DNA of 64,000 nt from Verrucomicrobiota bacterium (GTDB taxonomy: Bacteria > Verrucomicrobiota > Verrucomicrobiia > Opitutales > Cerasicoccaceae). Under the pieces are notes generated by a model. The model was not told where the DNA came from, ran no database searches, and saw only the letters and a program-made list of their open reading frames with translations. A program made the position numbers and the translations under genes. The stretch covers positions 256,001-320,000 of the forward strand of contig JBCBUK010000002.1 in NCBI GenBank assembly GCA_039818205.1, in the 5' to 3' direction. How positions within the stretch are numbered: the first letter of the stretch is position 1; every line of letters begins with the position of its first letter. Below are positions 26,919 to 38,000 of the stretch, one piece after another.

Positions 26919-27692
26919 ATGTTGTTTCGTTTGCTCGCTCCGCTTGTTGGGCTTTTCGCATTCCTGATGTCGGGTTGCGGGAGTTCCGAGGAGTCGGTAG
27001 ACAAGCAGGCGAACCAGCCAATGGACACGCAGCCGGCGGACAATAAAGTCAGCCGGGTGGCGTTTCTTCCGTCTCGCGACTTGAGCTATTTGCCGGAGCA
27101 CTCCGAGTTCCTTTATGGCGAATTGGATCGGCAATTGATGACGTGGATGAAGGAGAATGGCGTTGCCGTTACCTCGGCATCGGTCGTTTCGTCGATCATC
27201 CTCGCCAATAACTCGGCTCTGTTGCGTAGCCTGAAGTCCCCGAAGACTGGCGAGATGGAATCTGCTGTTGCCGAGATCATGAGTGAGATTCGGGAGGAAG
27301 AGCCGGTTGATTTCTTTATCATTCCGCAGGCGATGGTTCAGTCCGTCTTCTTGGATCCGCCGTACGCCTCGGCGGAACTGATGGGCGTCGACCGTGATTT
27401 CGTAACGTTTGGGGAGGCAGTTGGCTCGACACCCTTACAGTTGGACACGGCGGTCTTATTGGTCGTTGTTTGCAATGAACGGGGCAATCCGGTCTATTTT
27501 GGGAAAAGTGGCATCGACTTCTTGGAAAATGGTGTTCGCGCCGGCGATCACGTCTATACGTCGCCCAAGCAGCCTGGTCAGATTTCGGAGGATGACATTG
27601 ATGAGGCCATCTACCTGGCCTTCAAAGAGTGGCTGGAAGCAATCCGGCCAACGCGTGCTCCTCCAATGGGTTCCAATATCCGCCCGATCTAG
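26919..27692 (+). CDS. Hypothetical lipoprotein
   Basis: Signal peptide with lipobox-like LMSGC; alpha/beta domain starting VAFLP. Confidence 0.75.
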   Translation: MLFRLLAPLVGLFAFLMSGCGSSEESVDKQANQPMDTQPADNKVSRVAFLPSRDLSYLPEHSEFLYGELDRQLMTWMKENGVAVTSASVVSSIILANNSALLRSLKSPKTGEMESAVAEIMSEIREEEPVDFFIIPQAMVQSVFLDPPYASAELMGVDRDFVTFGEAVGSTPLQLDTAVLLVVVCNERGNPVYFGKSGIDFLENGVRAGDHVYTSPKQPGQISEDDIDEAIYLAFKEWLEAIRPTRAPPMGSNIRPI

Positions 27693-27818
27693 AGCCGCCT
27701 CGCTTGCAGGATGTATCCTGCGTTGTTCGCTGCTTTAGCAATACCGCAAAGCGCTGATTCGCGCTTGCTTTCCCGGGCACCATTCGTTTGTGTGCCCGCT
27801 TTTTCCGTTTTAAAGATC

Positions 27819-28193
27819 ATGCTCGACAACCTATTTAATCCAATCGCAATCATTACACTTGCCCAATCTGGGGGAGAGGGCGGCCTGCTCAGTATGCTGG
27901 GGCCGATGATCCTTCTGATGGCAGGTATGTGGTTTCTGCTCATCGCGCCGCAGCGCAAAATGCAAAAGCAGCACGACCGCTTGGTCGCCGAGCTGAAGAA
28001 TGGCGACGAGGTCTTAACTAAGGGCGGCCTTTATGGCACGGTGGTCAACGTTAAGTCTGACCGTTTCGTGATCAAAGTGTCCGAGAATACTAAGATCGAA
28101 GTCGCAAAACCGTTTATTCAATCAGTCGAAAAGAAAAAGGGTGAGAAGGCCAAGAGCGACGATTCCGCCGAGGGAAGTTCCAAGGGGAAATAG
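27819..28193 (+). CDS. yajC: Preprotein translocase subunit YajC
   Basis: MWFLLIAPQRK, LKNGDEVLTKGGLYGTV; directly upstream of secDF. Confidence 0.95.
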   Translation: MLDNLFNPIAIITLAQSGGEGGLLSMLGPMILLMAGMWFLLIAPQRKMQKQHDRLVAELKNGDEVLTKGGLYGTVVNVKSDRFVIKVSENTKIEVAKPFIQSVEKKKGEKAKSDDSAEGSSKGK

Positions 28194-28241
28194 TAACTCA
28201 GCGCCATCGCACTCGACCGACTCCCAGACTCAATTAATCCC

Positions 28242-30956
28242 ATGAAAAATTCCATCTTCTGGAAACTAATTTTGACCGCGGCTATTTTGGCTTGGGCGGT
28301 GCTTGGTTTGTTCCCGCTTAAAGACACGGACTTCCGTGATTACATTATCGGGCAATCCATCGCCGAGCGCGTCGAAGACGAGGGCAAGCAGCCCACCGTA
28401 AAAAAGATCGAAGATCGCTCCGAGTACGAGAAACTTCTCTCGGACGTGGATGCGGCAGTCGAATCCGGCAAGTATGATTCGTTCTTTATTGCCCTGCGCG
28501 AAACCGCCAACGAACAGGACATCGATTTGCACAGCAAGTTTTTCGCGGACATCCGCGTGGTCAACGAACCAAATCAGGAGCGCCGCAACGGCCTGATCTT
28601 GGATTATCTGTATGGCCAAACCCGGGGTAAACTTCGCCCCGGCCTTGACCTCGGCAGCGGTGTTTCCTTCACCCTTGCAATTGACGAGGAGCAGGATGCA
28701 AATGGCGCGGGCGATCGCCTCGAGAAGCTCGTTGAGATTCTCGATGGCCGGGTGAACTCCCTCGGTGTGGCCGAGCCAATTATCCAGCCGCGTCCACCAA
28801 ATCGCGTTGAAGTTCAGCTTCCAGGGGTCGACCTGCAACAGAATCCCGAGATTGTGGACATCATTGTTCGCCCAGCTCGTTTGGACTTCCGGACATCTCA
28901 TCGCTACCAAACACCGGGTCCGCAGGATGCCGTTGGATCGACAAAATCGCTTCAGATCAGTCCATCGAAGCCTCAAGAAGCACAATATGAGGTAATGGAA
29001 TATGAGAGCACCGATCGCCGCAGCGGTCAGACGAACACCTACAAGCTTTGGGTGAAGCGGATTCCTGAGGCGCACGGTAGCATCATTGAGAATTCCTACG
29101 CGACTTTTGACGGTGGTGGCCAGATCGTGGTCGGCTTCGATACGACCGACGAGGGTGCGGACGTCATGAAGAAGATGACCCAACGCATTTATGACCAAGA
29201 CAAGCAAACCGGCACACAGGAATCGCTCGTTGTGGTGCTTGACGGCGAAATTGAATCGGTTGCTGGGATCCAGAGCCCGATTGGTAACAGCGGTGTGATC
29301 ACCGGTAACTATTCGCAGACGGAGGTTCTCGAGCTGGTCAGTGCGTTGAACAATCCGCTCGAGTTTGGTCTTATCATCGAGCAGAAGCAAGAGGTCGGTC
29401 CTAGTCTTGCGGAAGACGCACGGGATGCCTCGGTTAAGGCGGCCATGTATGGTGCTGGCGCGGTTATTCTGTTCATGTTGGCTTACTACCTGTCCTCGGG
29501 TATCGTTGCGGTTCTTTCCGTCACGCTGAATTTGACGATTGTCCTCGGAGTTCTGGCCAGTGTTGGCGCAACGATGACCTTGCCTGGTGTGGCTGCGTTG
29601 GTCTTGACCATCGGTATGGCGGTGGACGCCAACATTCTGATTTTTGAACGGATACGAGAGGAAATCGTTTCCGGCAAGAGCATTAAGAATGCTTTGCAGT
29701 CGGGTTACGATAAGGCGTTTTCAACGATCGTGGACGCGAACGTTACCACGATGATTACGGCTGCGATTCTCTTTTGGTTGGGCACCGGTCCGGTCAAGGG
29801 TTTTGGTCTAACTTTGGCGATCGGTATTGGATCTTCGGTTTTCTCCGCGCTGATCATTAGCCGCGCATTCTTGGAGCTCCTTCTCGTGACTGGTCTCGCG
29901 AAGAAGCTCATTCCAGACTTCAGCCTTCAGCGTTCCTTGGGAATCTCTGAGCTGAACTTCCTTGGAAAGCGCAAGCCAGCGTTTATCGGATCCTGGGCGA
30001 TTGTTGCTGCGGGGGTTGTTGCGATCGCAATTTCATCGAGCTCGATTCTTGGTATCGATTTCCGTGGTGGTGCCGAAGTTCTGATGTCGTTCAACCAGGA
30101 AGCCAAAGGGGATCTGGAGATCACGAAGATTCTAGACGTTGCCGAACAGAATAATCTCGGCGAAGTGCAGCCGCTTTTCCAATCCGAAATCGGGCAGGGA
30201 GTTGAGCGTCTGCGCGTTCAAGTGGATGACGAACAAGGGCGCTCAGATCAACTGGTTGCTGCTCTGCAAACCGCATTTCCAAATGCGGAACTCGTCAAGG
30301 TTTCCGAAAGTATTATTGGAGCAACCGTTAGTACGACGATCGTGAAGAACGCGATTCTGTCAGTCCTTACCGCATTGGTGGGTATTCTTCTTTACGTGGC
30401 GGTTCGATTTGAGATCGGTTACGGTGTCGGAGCGGTGGTCGCGACGGTTCACGATATTATGATGTCGATCGGGGTTTACGTGATTCTCGGGCAGCTGCTT
30501 GGAATTGGCAGTGGCCAGTTTTCGGCACCGATGGTTGCGGCTATCCTGATGATTGTTGGTTATTCGATCAATGACACCATCGTTGTTTTCGACCGTATTC
30601 GGGAGGAGCTGGAATTGAATCCCGCCATGAAACTTTTCGACGTGGTCAACCTCGCGATCAGTCGGACGCTGAGTCGGACCTTGCTTACGAGTATCACGAC
30701 CTTTGTCGCGGCACTCGCCTTGTTCATCTTCGGTGTGGGCGTGGTTACCGACTTCGCGTTGGTCTTCCTGATCGGTATTTTGACGGGAACATTCTCCTCG
30801 ATCTTCATTGCGAGCCCCGTGTTCTTCTGGTGGCACAAGGGAGATCGGAAGCACGTTACCGATCATGAATTTGCCAAGCCAACCTATGAGTGGGAAGCTG
30901 GCAGCAAGCGGGCCAGCAAAGAATCCCAGGCCAAGGAACTTGGGGCCAAAACCTAA
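28242..30956 (+). CDS. secDF: Fused protein translocase subunit SecD/SecF
   Basis: GLDL, RVNSLGVAEP, TIGMAVDANILIFERIREE, GIDFRGG, GYSINDTIVVFDRIREE. Confidence 0.96.
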   Translation: MKNSIFWKLILTAAILAWAVLGLFPLKDTDFRDYIIGQSIAERVEDEGKQPTVKKIEDRSEYEKLLSDVDAAVESGKYDSFFIALRETANEQDIDLHSKFFADIRVVNEPNQERRNGLILDYLYGQTRGKLRPGLDLGSGVSFTLAIDEEQDANGAGDRLEKLVEILDGRVNSLGVAEPIIQPRPPNRVEVQLPGVDLQQNPEIVDIIVRPARLDFRTSHRYQTPGPQDAVGSTKSLQISPSKPQEAQYEVMEYESTDRRSGQTNTYKLWVKRIPEAHGSIIENSYATFDGGGQIVVGFDTTDEGADVMKKMTQRIYDQDKQTGTQESLVVVLDGEIESVAGIQSPIGNSGVITGNYSQTEVLELVSALNNPLEFGLIIEQKQEVGPSLAEDARDASVKAAMYGAGAVILFMLAYYLSSGIVAVLSVTLNLTIVLGVLASVGATMTLPGVAALVLTIGMAVDANILIFERIREEIVSGKSIKNALQSGYDKAFSTIVDANVTTMITAAILFWLGTGPVKGFGLTLAIGIGSSVFSALIISRAFLELLLVTGLAKKLIPDFSLQRSLGISELNFLGKRKPAFIGSWAIVAAGVVAIAISSSSILGIDFRGGAEVLMSFNQEAKGDLEITKILDVAEQNNLGEVQPLFQSEIGQGVERLRVQVDDEQGRSDQLVAALQTAFPNAELVKVSESIIGATVSTTIVKNAILSVLTALVGILLYVAVRFEIGYGVGAVVATVHDIMMSIGVYVILGQLLGIGSGQFSAPMVAAILMIVGYSINDTIVVFDRIREELELNPAMKLFDVVNLAISRTLSRTLLTSITTFVAALALFIFGVGVVTDFALVFLIGILTGTFSSIFIASPVFFWWHKGDRKHVTDHEFAKPTYEWEAGSKRASKESQAKELGAKT

Positions 30957-30980
30957 GTTGGGCTAAGAGAATTTTTTCGG

Positions 30981-31010
30981 AGCGCGTCCTTAACGGGGCG
31001 CGCTTTTTTT
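30981..31010 (+). terminator. Intrinsic terminator after secDF
   Basis: AGCGCGTCCT-TAAC-GGGGCGCGCT followed by a T tract. Confidence 0.85.
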
Positions 31011-31012
31011 GG

Positions 31013-31411
31013 CTACTGGTGAAACATGCGGAACGGATTCCCTTTGAATAGGAACTGCATCATGAGCAGATTTGCTAGGAGCCCGAGGCGAATTGCGGTT
31101 TCGATGGTCATGATCACGAGTGCCCACTTTATGCCCGAGATTCGCCGAAAGCCGAAGCCCGCGATCGATACCAGGAGCATTATTCCGCCCTGAAGGCCGC
31201 CACGCGGATCGAAGGCCATTGCAATCATGTAGAACCAGATCACCGTGAGGCTCATTAGCCAGATGAATATCAACGAGTTAGCTGGTTTCCTGTCTTGGTC
31301 GAGCGGGTGGAGACCCTTGCGAATTTGCTTCACTCCAATGTACCGCTCAGTCACCAGCAATTGCGTGATGTCGAACAGCATAATGATTGGAGCAATGAAG
31401 ATGAGAAACAT
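31013..31411 (-). CDS. Small hypothetical membrane protein
   Basis: 132 aa, about 4 hydrophobic segments; fills the gap between secDF and the TetR gene. Confidence 0.7.
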   Translation of the reverse strand: MFLIFIAPIIMLFDITQLLVTERYIGVKQIRKGLHPLDQDRKPANSLIFIWLMSLTVIWFYMIAMAFDPRGGLQGGIMLLVSIAGFGFRRISGIKWALVIMTIETAIRLGLLANLLMMQFLFKGNPFRMFHQ

Positions 31412-31565
31412 TCAGCCGGAGGATAGTAGGAATTATAAAACAGGCACAATTAGGTGAGTTTTTCACATGCGAAAAGCCTTTTGTTTGAGTTCCACGATTA
31501 GAAGCGCCCGGATGTAATAAAATACCTCGAAAAAAATGGGTTCGATCGTTTGACAATTTCGCCAA

Positions 31566-31583
31566 TTAAAACAATCGTTTGAA
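31566..31583. promoter_or_regulatory. Candidate TetR (PsrA-type) operator
   Basis: TTAAAAC-AATC-GTTTGAA near-palindrome 4 nt before the TetR ATG; second ATCGTTTGA at 31545-31553 overlapping TTGACA (31550-31555). Confidence 0.6.
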
Positions 31584-31587
31584 ACTA

Positions 31588-32235
31588 ATGTTGGAGACGG
31601 TCCAGGATACCCGCCAGCGGTTGTTGGAGGTTGCTGAGCAATTTTACGCGGAGCGTGGCTTTGAGGGTACTTCGTTGCGGAGCTTAACGGATGCAGCCGG
31701 GGTGAATCTGGCTGCGGTTAACTATCATTTCGGTTCGAAGAGAAACTTGATGTGGGAAATGTTCAGCGCGAGGATCGAACCGATTAACACGCAGCGCATG
31801 TTCTTGTTGGACAAGGTGCTCGCTGGTCCGGAGCTCCCGACCCTGGAAGGGGTTTTTGACGCCTTGCTTGTGCCGGTGTTTGACGTCGCCCAGGGGCCGA
31901 ACGGTGCCAATCTAATATTTTTACGGATGATTGGCCGGGTCTTCTCGGAGTCGGAAGAGTTTTGGCATCAATTGCACAATCAGTTTTTCGATGTTTTGTG
32001 CCGTCGATTCTTGGACGCAATTGTATTGGCCGAGCCCAAACTTTCTCCCGAGGAAGTGGCGTGGCGCTTTCATTTTTCCATTGCCACGATGCTGGGAGCA
32101 TTGGGGACGCACAAATCGCTGAACCGCAATTGCGCCTCTGTTCCGACCTTGAACGGTAATGACATGGATGAAACCTGTCTGCGTTTGCGTAACTTTATCT
32201 GCGCGGGCTTTCGAGGAGCCCAATTGAAGCCATGA
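31588..32235 (+). CDS. TetR-family regulator (PsrA/CerR-like C-terminus)
   Basis: TRQRLLEVAEQFYAERGFEGTSLR...AGVNLAAVNYHFGSK; EEVAWRFHF. Confidence 0.93.
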   Translation: MLETVQDTRQRLLEVAEQFYAERGFEGTSLRSLTDAAGVNLAAVNYHFGSKRNLMWEMFSARIEPINTQRMFLLDKVLAGPELPTLEGVFDALLVPVFDVAQGPNGANLIFLRMIGRVFSESEEFWHQLHNQFFDVLCRRFLDAIVLAEPKLSPEEVAWRFHFSIATMLGALGTHKSLNRNCASVPTLNGNDMDETCLRLRNFICAGFRGAQLKP

Positions 32236-33773
32236 GTCGCCCAAATCAACGATGGTCGGTGTTTGACCAATGGTTTCCGCTTGGCGGCCTTTTGCTCCTG
32301 GCCGGATGCGCGGAACCACCCGCCAGTGAAGTAGCGGATCTGCCAGCGAGCTACCCAGTGGGTTGGACGGCTGATGCCGTTGACGAAGAGACCAATTATG
32401 AGGGCACCCTTGAAGCTCAGTCGGGTGGATGGATTGATGATTTTGACGACCCGCAACTGCGCGAATTGGTGAACGAGGCGATCGCGCAGAACTACGATTT
32501 GCAAGCAACGGCCGCGAGCATTGGGATCATTTCGGCGGATGCGACAATTGCCGGGGCGGATCAATATCCGATCGTTAATGCCGACGGGGATGCCGCCCGC
32601 CAGAAGCAAAATATCGGCGGCAGCAATACCGAGTTCACCACGTTCATGATCGGGATTGGGGCAACCTGGGAAATTGATGTTTGGGGGCGACTCCGCGATC
32701 GGCAGAGCGCAGCCTTAGCCGATGTGCAAGCTCAGCTGGCGACCTTGCAGGGTGCTCGTCTTTCGTTGGCTGCTCGCACCGCCAATGCGTGGTTTCGTGC
32801 AATTGAGGCGCAGCAGCAATTGGAGCTCGCGGAAAGCACCTACCTCAGCTTCGACAGTGCGACCTCGGCCATTCAGGAGCGTTATGAGCGTGGCGTAAGT
32901 CCGGCGTTGGATTTGCGCCTTTCTTTGGCCCAGACTGCATCGGCGAAGGCGGCGGTGGATCAGCGGGGCCGCGACTTTGATTCCAGTGTGCGGGAGCTCG
33001 AAGTTTTACTTGGACGCTATCCTTCTCGAGAGTTGGGAATCACGCCGAATCTTCCGGTTTTGGTTCGCCCCGTACCCGTTGGATTGCCATCGGAACTTCT
33101 CGAGAGACGCCCCGATCTGGTGGTTGCTGAGCGTCAGCTGGCTGCCTCGGGGAAACGCGTCAGTGAAGCCCGTAAAGCAATGCTTCCGAGGATCAGCCTG
33201 ACCGGCAGCTACGGTTATTCGAGTGACGAACTTGCCAATATGTTGAGCAACAGTTTTTCGGTTTGGAGTATTGCGGGAAATGCGCTCCAGCCGATTTTTC
33301 AAGGTTTGCGTTTGAGCGCCGGTGTTGACCGAGCTCGCGCGGTTGCGCAGCAAAGCCTGGCCAATTATGGCCAGACCGCATTAGACGCTTTTCGTGAAGT
33401 CGAATCGGCCTTGGCCGCTGAGCGTTTTCTCGATCAGCGCGTCATCAATTTGGACGAGTCGGCCACCCAATCGATTGCGGCAGAAGATGCCGCCTGGGAG
33501 CGCTATCAGCGCGGCCTTTCGGATATCATCACGGTTCTTGAGTCCCAGCGCCGGGCCTTTGAATCGCGGACAGCATTGATTTCTGCTCGCACCAATCGAT
33601 TGGTTAATCGAGTAAACCTTTACTTAGCCCTGGGAGGTGATTTCGGCGAGAGTGAACCGAATGAAACCGAAGTTGATACTCCGTTCGGGCCTAAGCCTAT
33701 CGCTTTGCCAGAGAAAGTAGCTCTGCAGAGCAAAGCGAATGATATTAAAAATTCTGAGTCTGATGAAATTTGA
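32232..33773 (+). CDS. Efflux outer-membrane factor lipoprotein (NodT/OprM family)
   Basis: LAGC lipobox, FDDPQL, WEIDVWG, PSELLERRPD, LYLALGG. Confidence 0.94.
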   Translation: MSRPNQRWSVFDQWFPLGGLLLLAGCAEPPASEVADLPASYPVGWTADAVDEETNYEGTLEAQSGGWIDDFDDPQLRELVNEAIAQNYDLQATAASIGIISADATIAGADQYPIVNADGDAARQKQNIGGSNTEFTTFMIGIGATWEIDVWGRLRDRQSAALADVQAQLATLQGARLSLAARTANAWFRAIEAQQQLELAESTYLSFDSATSAIQERYERGVSPALDLRLSLAQTASAKAAVDQRGRDFDSSVRELEVLLGRYPSRELGITPNLPVLVRPVPVGLPSELLERRPDLVVAERQLAASGKRVSEARKAMLPRISLTGSYGYSSDELANMLSNSFSVWSIAGNALQPIFQGLRLSAGVDRARAVAQQSLANYGQTALDAFREVESALAAERFLDQRVINLDESATQSIAAEDAAWERYQRGLSDIITVLESQRRAFESRTALISARTNRLVNRVNLYLALGGDFGESEPNETEVDTPFGPKPIALPEKVALQSKANDIKNSESDEI

Positions 33774-33782
33774 GTTCTGGTC

Positions 33783-35063
33783 ATGAAAACCGCAAACGAT
33801 CCAGTTGGGAAAAAGAAAGATCCACCGCCCGTGCCGAGTCAGCAGGAGATTGATCGGGCTGCGGCCGTAGCCACCACGCCGACAGCCACGCGCCGACCGT
33901 TTTCGCCGTGGAAGATTATTCTGCCTCTCCTGATTTTGGGCCTAGCCGTGACAGGCGCCAAGGTCATCGTGAACACCAAGCCGGTTCCGACGGCAAAGGA
34001 GACGCCTGAGCGGGTTGAAGCGGTCGAGATCATTGCTGTTCAGCCGCAGACGGTCACGCTTTCAGTTGCATCCCAAGGAACCGTGCGTCCAAGGATTGAA
34101 ACTCAGTTAACCGCCGAGGTTGTTGGCCGGATCGAAGAGGTTTCGGAGAACTTTCGCCCCGGTGGTTTTATTCGCAAAGGAGAGATGTTGATCCGGATTG
34201 ACCCGGTGAATTACGAATCCGCAGTTGCGACCGCCCAAGCGAACTTGGCGCAAGCTCGCTTGGTGTTGGCTCAGGAAATTGCCTTAGCTGAACAGGCCGA
34301 AGCGGATTGGTCGGACTTGGGGCGCGGCGATCCCAATGATTTGGCTTTGCGCAAGCCGCAGCTCGAGCAAGCGCAGGCGGTGCTGATTAGTGCTGAAGCT
34401 GAATTACGACGGGCAGAGCGCGACCTTGAGCGAACTGAAGTGCGGGCGCCCTACGATGGCCGTGTCCGTCAGCAGGGAGTTGATTTGGGGCAGTTTATTG
34501 GCAACAACATGCAGATCGGAGTGATCTATAGCACCGACATCGCTGAAGTCTTCTTGCCCTTGGATGATTCGGAAGTTTCTCGATTGATCTTGCCCGAGGC
34601 AATTGATGGCCCCGATGTCGATGGTCCCGCCGTTCGTTTGTCCGCGACTTTCGGTGGACAGCAGTATCACTGGGAAGGGCATCTCGTGCGGACTGGTGCG
34701 GCCTTTGATTCACGAAGCCGATTGCTTGATGCTGTGGCTGAGATCCACGACCCACTAGCGAAGGATCCCGAGCAACCAGGACGCCCGGTGTTGAAGCCTG
34801 GGATGTTCGTTGAGGCAGAGATCGTTGGACGTGAGGTGAGCGACAGCTACGTCATTCCGCGAATTGCCTTGCGGGAGAATAATACCGTGTTGGTTGCACA
34901 GGAGGACAATACACTCGAGCGCCGCGAGGTGGAGGTTGTCCAGGCTAACACCAAGCAAGCGATTATTCGCGGAGGCTTGGAAACAGGGGATCGAGTAATT
35001 ACCAGCCCGATGGAGTATGTGATCATCGGAATGAAGCTCAAGGTAACTGAGAAAGAGTCATGA
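33783..35063 (+). CDS. RND periplasmic adaptor (membrane fusion protein)
   Basis: N-terminal TM, lipoyl halves (AEVVGRI, RAPYDGRV), coiled hairpin, LKPGMFV. Confidence 0.93.
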   Translation: MKTANDPVGKKKDPPPVPSQQEIDRAAAVATTPTATRRPFSPWKIILPLLILGLAVTGAKVIVNTKPVPTAKETPERVEAVEIIAVQPQTVTLSVASQGTVRPRIETQLTAEVVGRIEEVSENFRPGGFIRKGEMLIRIDPVNYESAVATAQANLAQARLVLAQEIALAEQAEADWSDLGRGDPNDLALRKPQLEQAQAVLISAEAELRRAERDLERTEVRAPYDGRVRQQGVDLGQFIGNNMQIGVIYSTDIAEVFLPLDDSEVSRLILPEAIDGPDVDGPAVRLSATFGGQQYHWEGHLVRTGAAFDSRSRLLDAVAEIHDPLAKDPEQPGRPVLKPGMFVEAEIVGREVSDSYVIPRIALRENNTVLVAQEDNTLERREVEVVQANTKQAIIRGGLETGDRVITSPMEYVIIGMKLKVTEKES

Positions 35064-38000
35064 TTAACTGGTTTGCCCGGAATGGCGTTGCTGCCAACCT
35101 ATTGGCCTTGGTTTTGGTGCTGGGCGGGTTGTTCTCCATGCTCAATGTCAAGATTGAGCTGTTTCCTCAGTTTTCGTTCGACACGATTAGTATTCGCGTT
35201 CCGTTTCGCGGGGCCGCCCCAGAGGAAGTTGAAGAGCAGGTCATCACGCGGATTGAAGAAAAGATACAGGACCTGGATGGCATTAAGGAGCTGCGGGCGA
35301 ACGCGATCGAAGGCGTCGGCGTGGTTACAGTCGAAGTCCAAAAGGGATATGATGTCCGCAAGCTGTTGGACGACATAAAAACCCGCGTTGATTCAATTGA
35401 TACTTTTCCGGAAGAGTCGGAACGACCCGTTATCGAGGAGAACTTGATCCGGCGTGAGGTGATGGCGATTTCGATTCGGGGTGATACCGACGAGAAGACC
35501 TTGAAGCGCCTGGCGGAAGAAGTGCGGGAGGACTTGCTGGCAACTGGCGAGGTGACCCAAGTCGACATTATTGGCGTCCGAGATTACGAGATCAGTGTGG
35601 AGGTCAGCGAGACAGCTTTACGTCGCTATGGACTTGCGTTTGAGGACGTCGTTCGTGCCGTCCGCGAGACTTCGATCGACTTGCCTGGTGGCGCGATCAA
35701 GAGCGATGGTGGAGAAATTTTACTGCGCACAAAAGGGCAGGCCTATGAGGGCAAGGAGTTTGAGGACATCGTATTGCTCACCCGCGAAGACGGCACTCGG
35801 GTTATGCTTGGCGAGGTGGCCAACATTAACGATGGTTTCACGGATGAGCCCTTGGCCATGATGACCGATGGCTTGCCGGGTGTTGATTTGGTCGTTTACG
35901 AAGTCGGCAACCAGAATCCCTTGGGCATATCGGCCAAGGTCAAAGAATACGTGAAGGAGAAAGAGAAGACGCTCCCGGATGGTTTCACGCTAAGCACTTG
36001 GCGTGACACCTCGTATTACCTTTGGGGCCGCCTCAACATGTTGATCGAGAATGGTGCCCTCGGTTTGGTCTTGGTCCTCACGGTCCTGACGATTTTCTTG
36101 CGACCATCATTGGCTTTCTGGGTCACGCTTGGTATCCCGATTTCCTTCCTGGGTACTTTTTTCGTGATGCCCTGGATCGATACCTCGGTGAACTTGATTT
36201 CGCTCTTCGGATTCATCCTGGTTTTGGGGATTGTGGTGGACGATGCCATTGTGGTGGGGGAAAGTGTCTTTACGGAATTTCAGCGAAGTGGTCCGGGGGT
36301 GGAGTCTTCCGTGCGTGGAACCCATGCGGTTGCGACTCCGGTGACTTTTGCGGTGTTGACCACCGCGGTTGCCTTTACGCCGCTGCTTATCCTTCCAGGT
36401 TTCGAGGGGAAATTTTTGAAGGCCATTCCGATGGTGGTCATTCCGACCCTCCTGTTCTCGCTGGTCGAATCGAAGCTGATTTTGCCCTACCACCTTTCCC
36501 TGTGTAATGTCGGTGGACGCGACCGAGGAAAGATCAATGCCTTCCAGCGATTCCAGCGACGAATCTCTGATGGGTTGGAGTACTGTATCGATAAATACTA
36601 TCGCCCGTTCTTGGCGTTGGCCTTGCACAACCGCTATGCCACGATTGCGGCCTTTGTTGGAATCCTGGCACTGACCTTTGCCTTGATCGGCGGGGGTCGA
36701 GTGAAGATTGTCCCGTTTCCAGCGGTTCCCAGTGATTACATTGGTGTGCTGTTTAAATACCCGGATGGAACACCGGCTTCAGTCTCCCAACAGGGCATTG
36801 ACCGCATCAACGCAGCGTTAGACAGAGTGATCCAAGATAGTATGGACGCAGGTCGCCCCAATCCGGTTGACAAGCATCAGACAGTAATTGGAGTGCAGGC
36901 ATTCGGGGGTGGCCCAGGTGGCTCGTCGTCGTCGTCGGTGCAGAGCCATCAAGGGCAGGTCGTTGTCGAGTTGCGCAAGTCGGAATTGCGGCAGGACGAA
37001 GACTCCGCCGTCCTGCTCGCTAATCGCTGGCGCGAGGAGGTCGGGCAGATTCCTGGCTTGAAGGAGATTTCCTTCGAAGCAACCGCTGCCGGTGGTGCCG
37101 GTGAGCCTGTCGATATCCAGATTAGCGGTGGGACATTGGCTGAGCTTCGACAGGTCGCCAATGAAGTAAAAGAAGTGCTTCGCAACTATGATGGCATCTT
37201 TGATATTCGCGATAACTTGGCCGATGGGCAGAAGGAGATTCAGCTAAAGATCAAACCAAGTGCGGAAGCGCTGGGACTGACCCAGGCGAGCTTGGGTCAG
37301 CAAGTACGCTCAGCATTTTTTGGTGCCGAAGCCCAACGAGTTCAGCGAGGGCGCGACGATGTTCGCGTGATGGTCCGCTACCCGCGCGAGGAACGGGAAT
37401 CGGTGGGCAATTTGGAACAGATGCGGATTCGGACTCCCGATGGTCGCGAAGTTCCGTTTAGTGAAGTGGCCGAGATTGAAGTCGGCCTTGGCTACGCCGC
37501 GATCAATCGCGTGGAACGCGAGCGAGTGGTTAACATTTTCGCTGATGCAGATAAGGGCCGAATCGATTTGGAGGCGGTTAAGGATAAACTGCAGGAAGAC
37601 GTGTTGCCCAAAGTTATTGAGAAATACGATGGGGTTACTTTTACCTTTGAAGGCGAATCCAAGGAAGTTGAAGAGGGTAATCGTTCCTTGATGACCAGCA
37701 CTTTGCTCGTGTTCTTTGTGATGTATGCGCTCCTGGCGATACCGTTCAAGAGTTACCTTCAGCCACTGATCGTGATGATGGTGATTCCGTTTGGTCTCGT
37801 TGGGGCGGTTTGGGGACACGTGCTGATGGGGCACAACTTGAGCCGTCTTTCGTTCTTTGGCATTATCGCCTTAGCTGGGGTTGTTGTGAATGACAGCCTC
37901 GTGTTGGTTGACTATATTAACCGCCAGCGGGCTAAGGGAGTACCCTTGTTGGACGCGGTTTGGGAAGCCGGCGCGGCTCGATTCCGTCCGATTTTGCTGA

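Noticed and set aside
28266..29390. 374-aa ORF antisense to secDF
   Set aside because: Fully inside secDF on the opposite strand; no recognisable features
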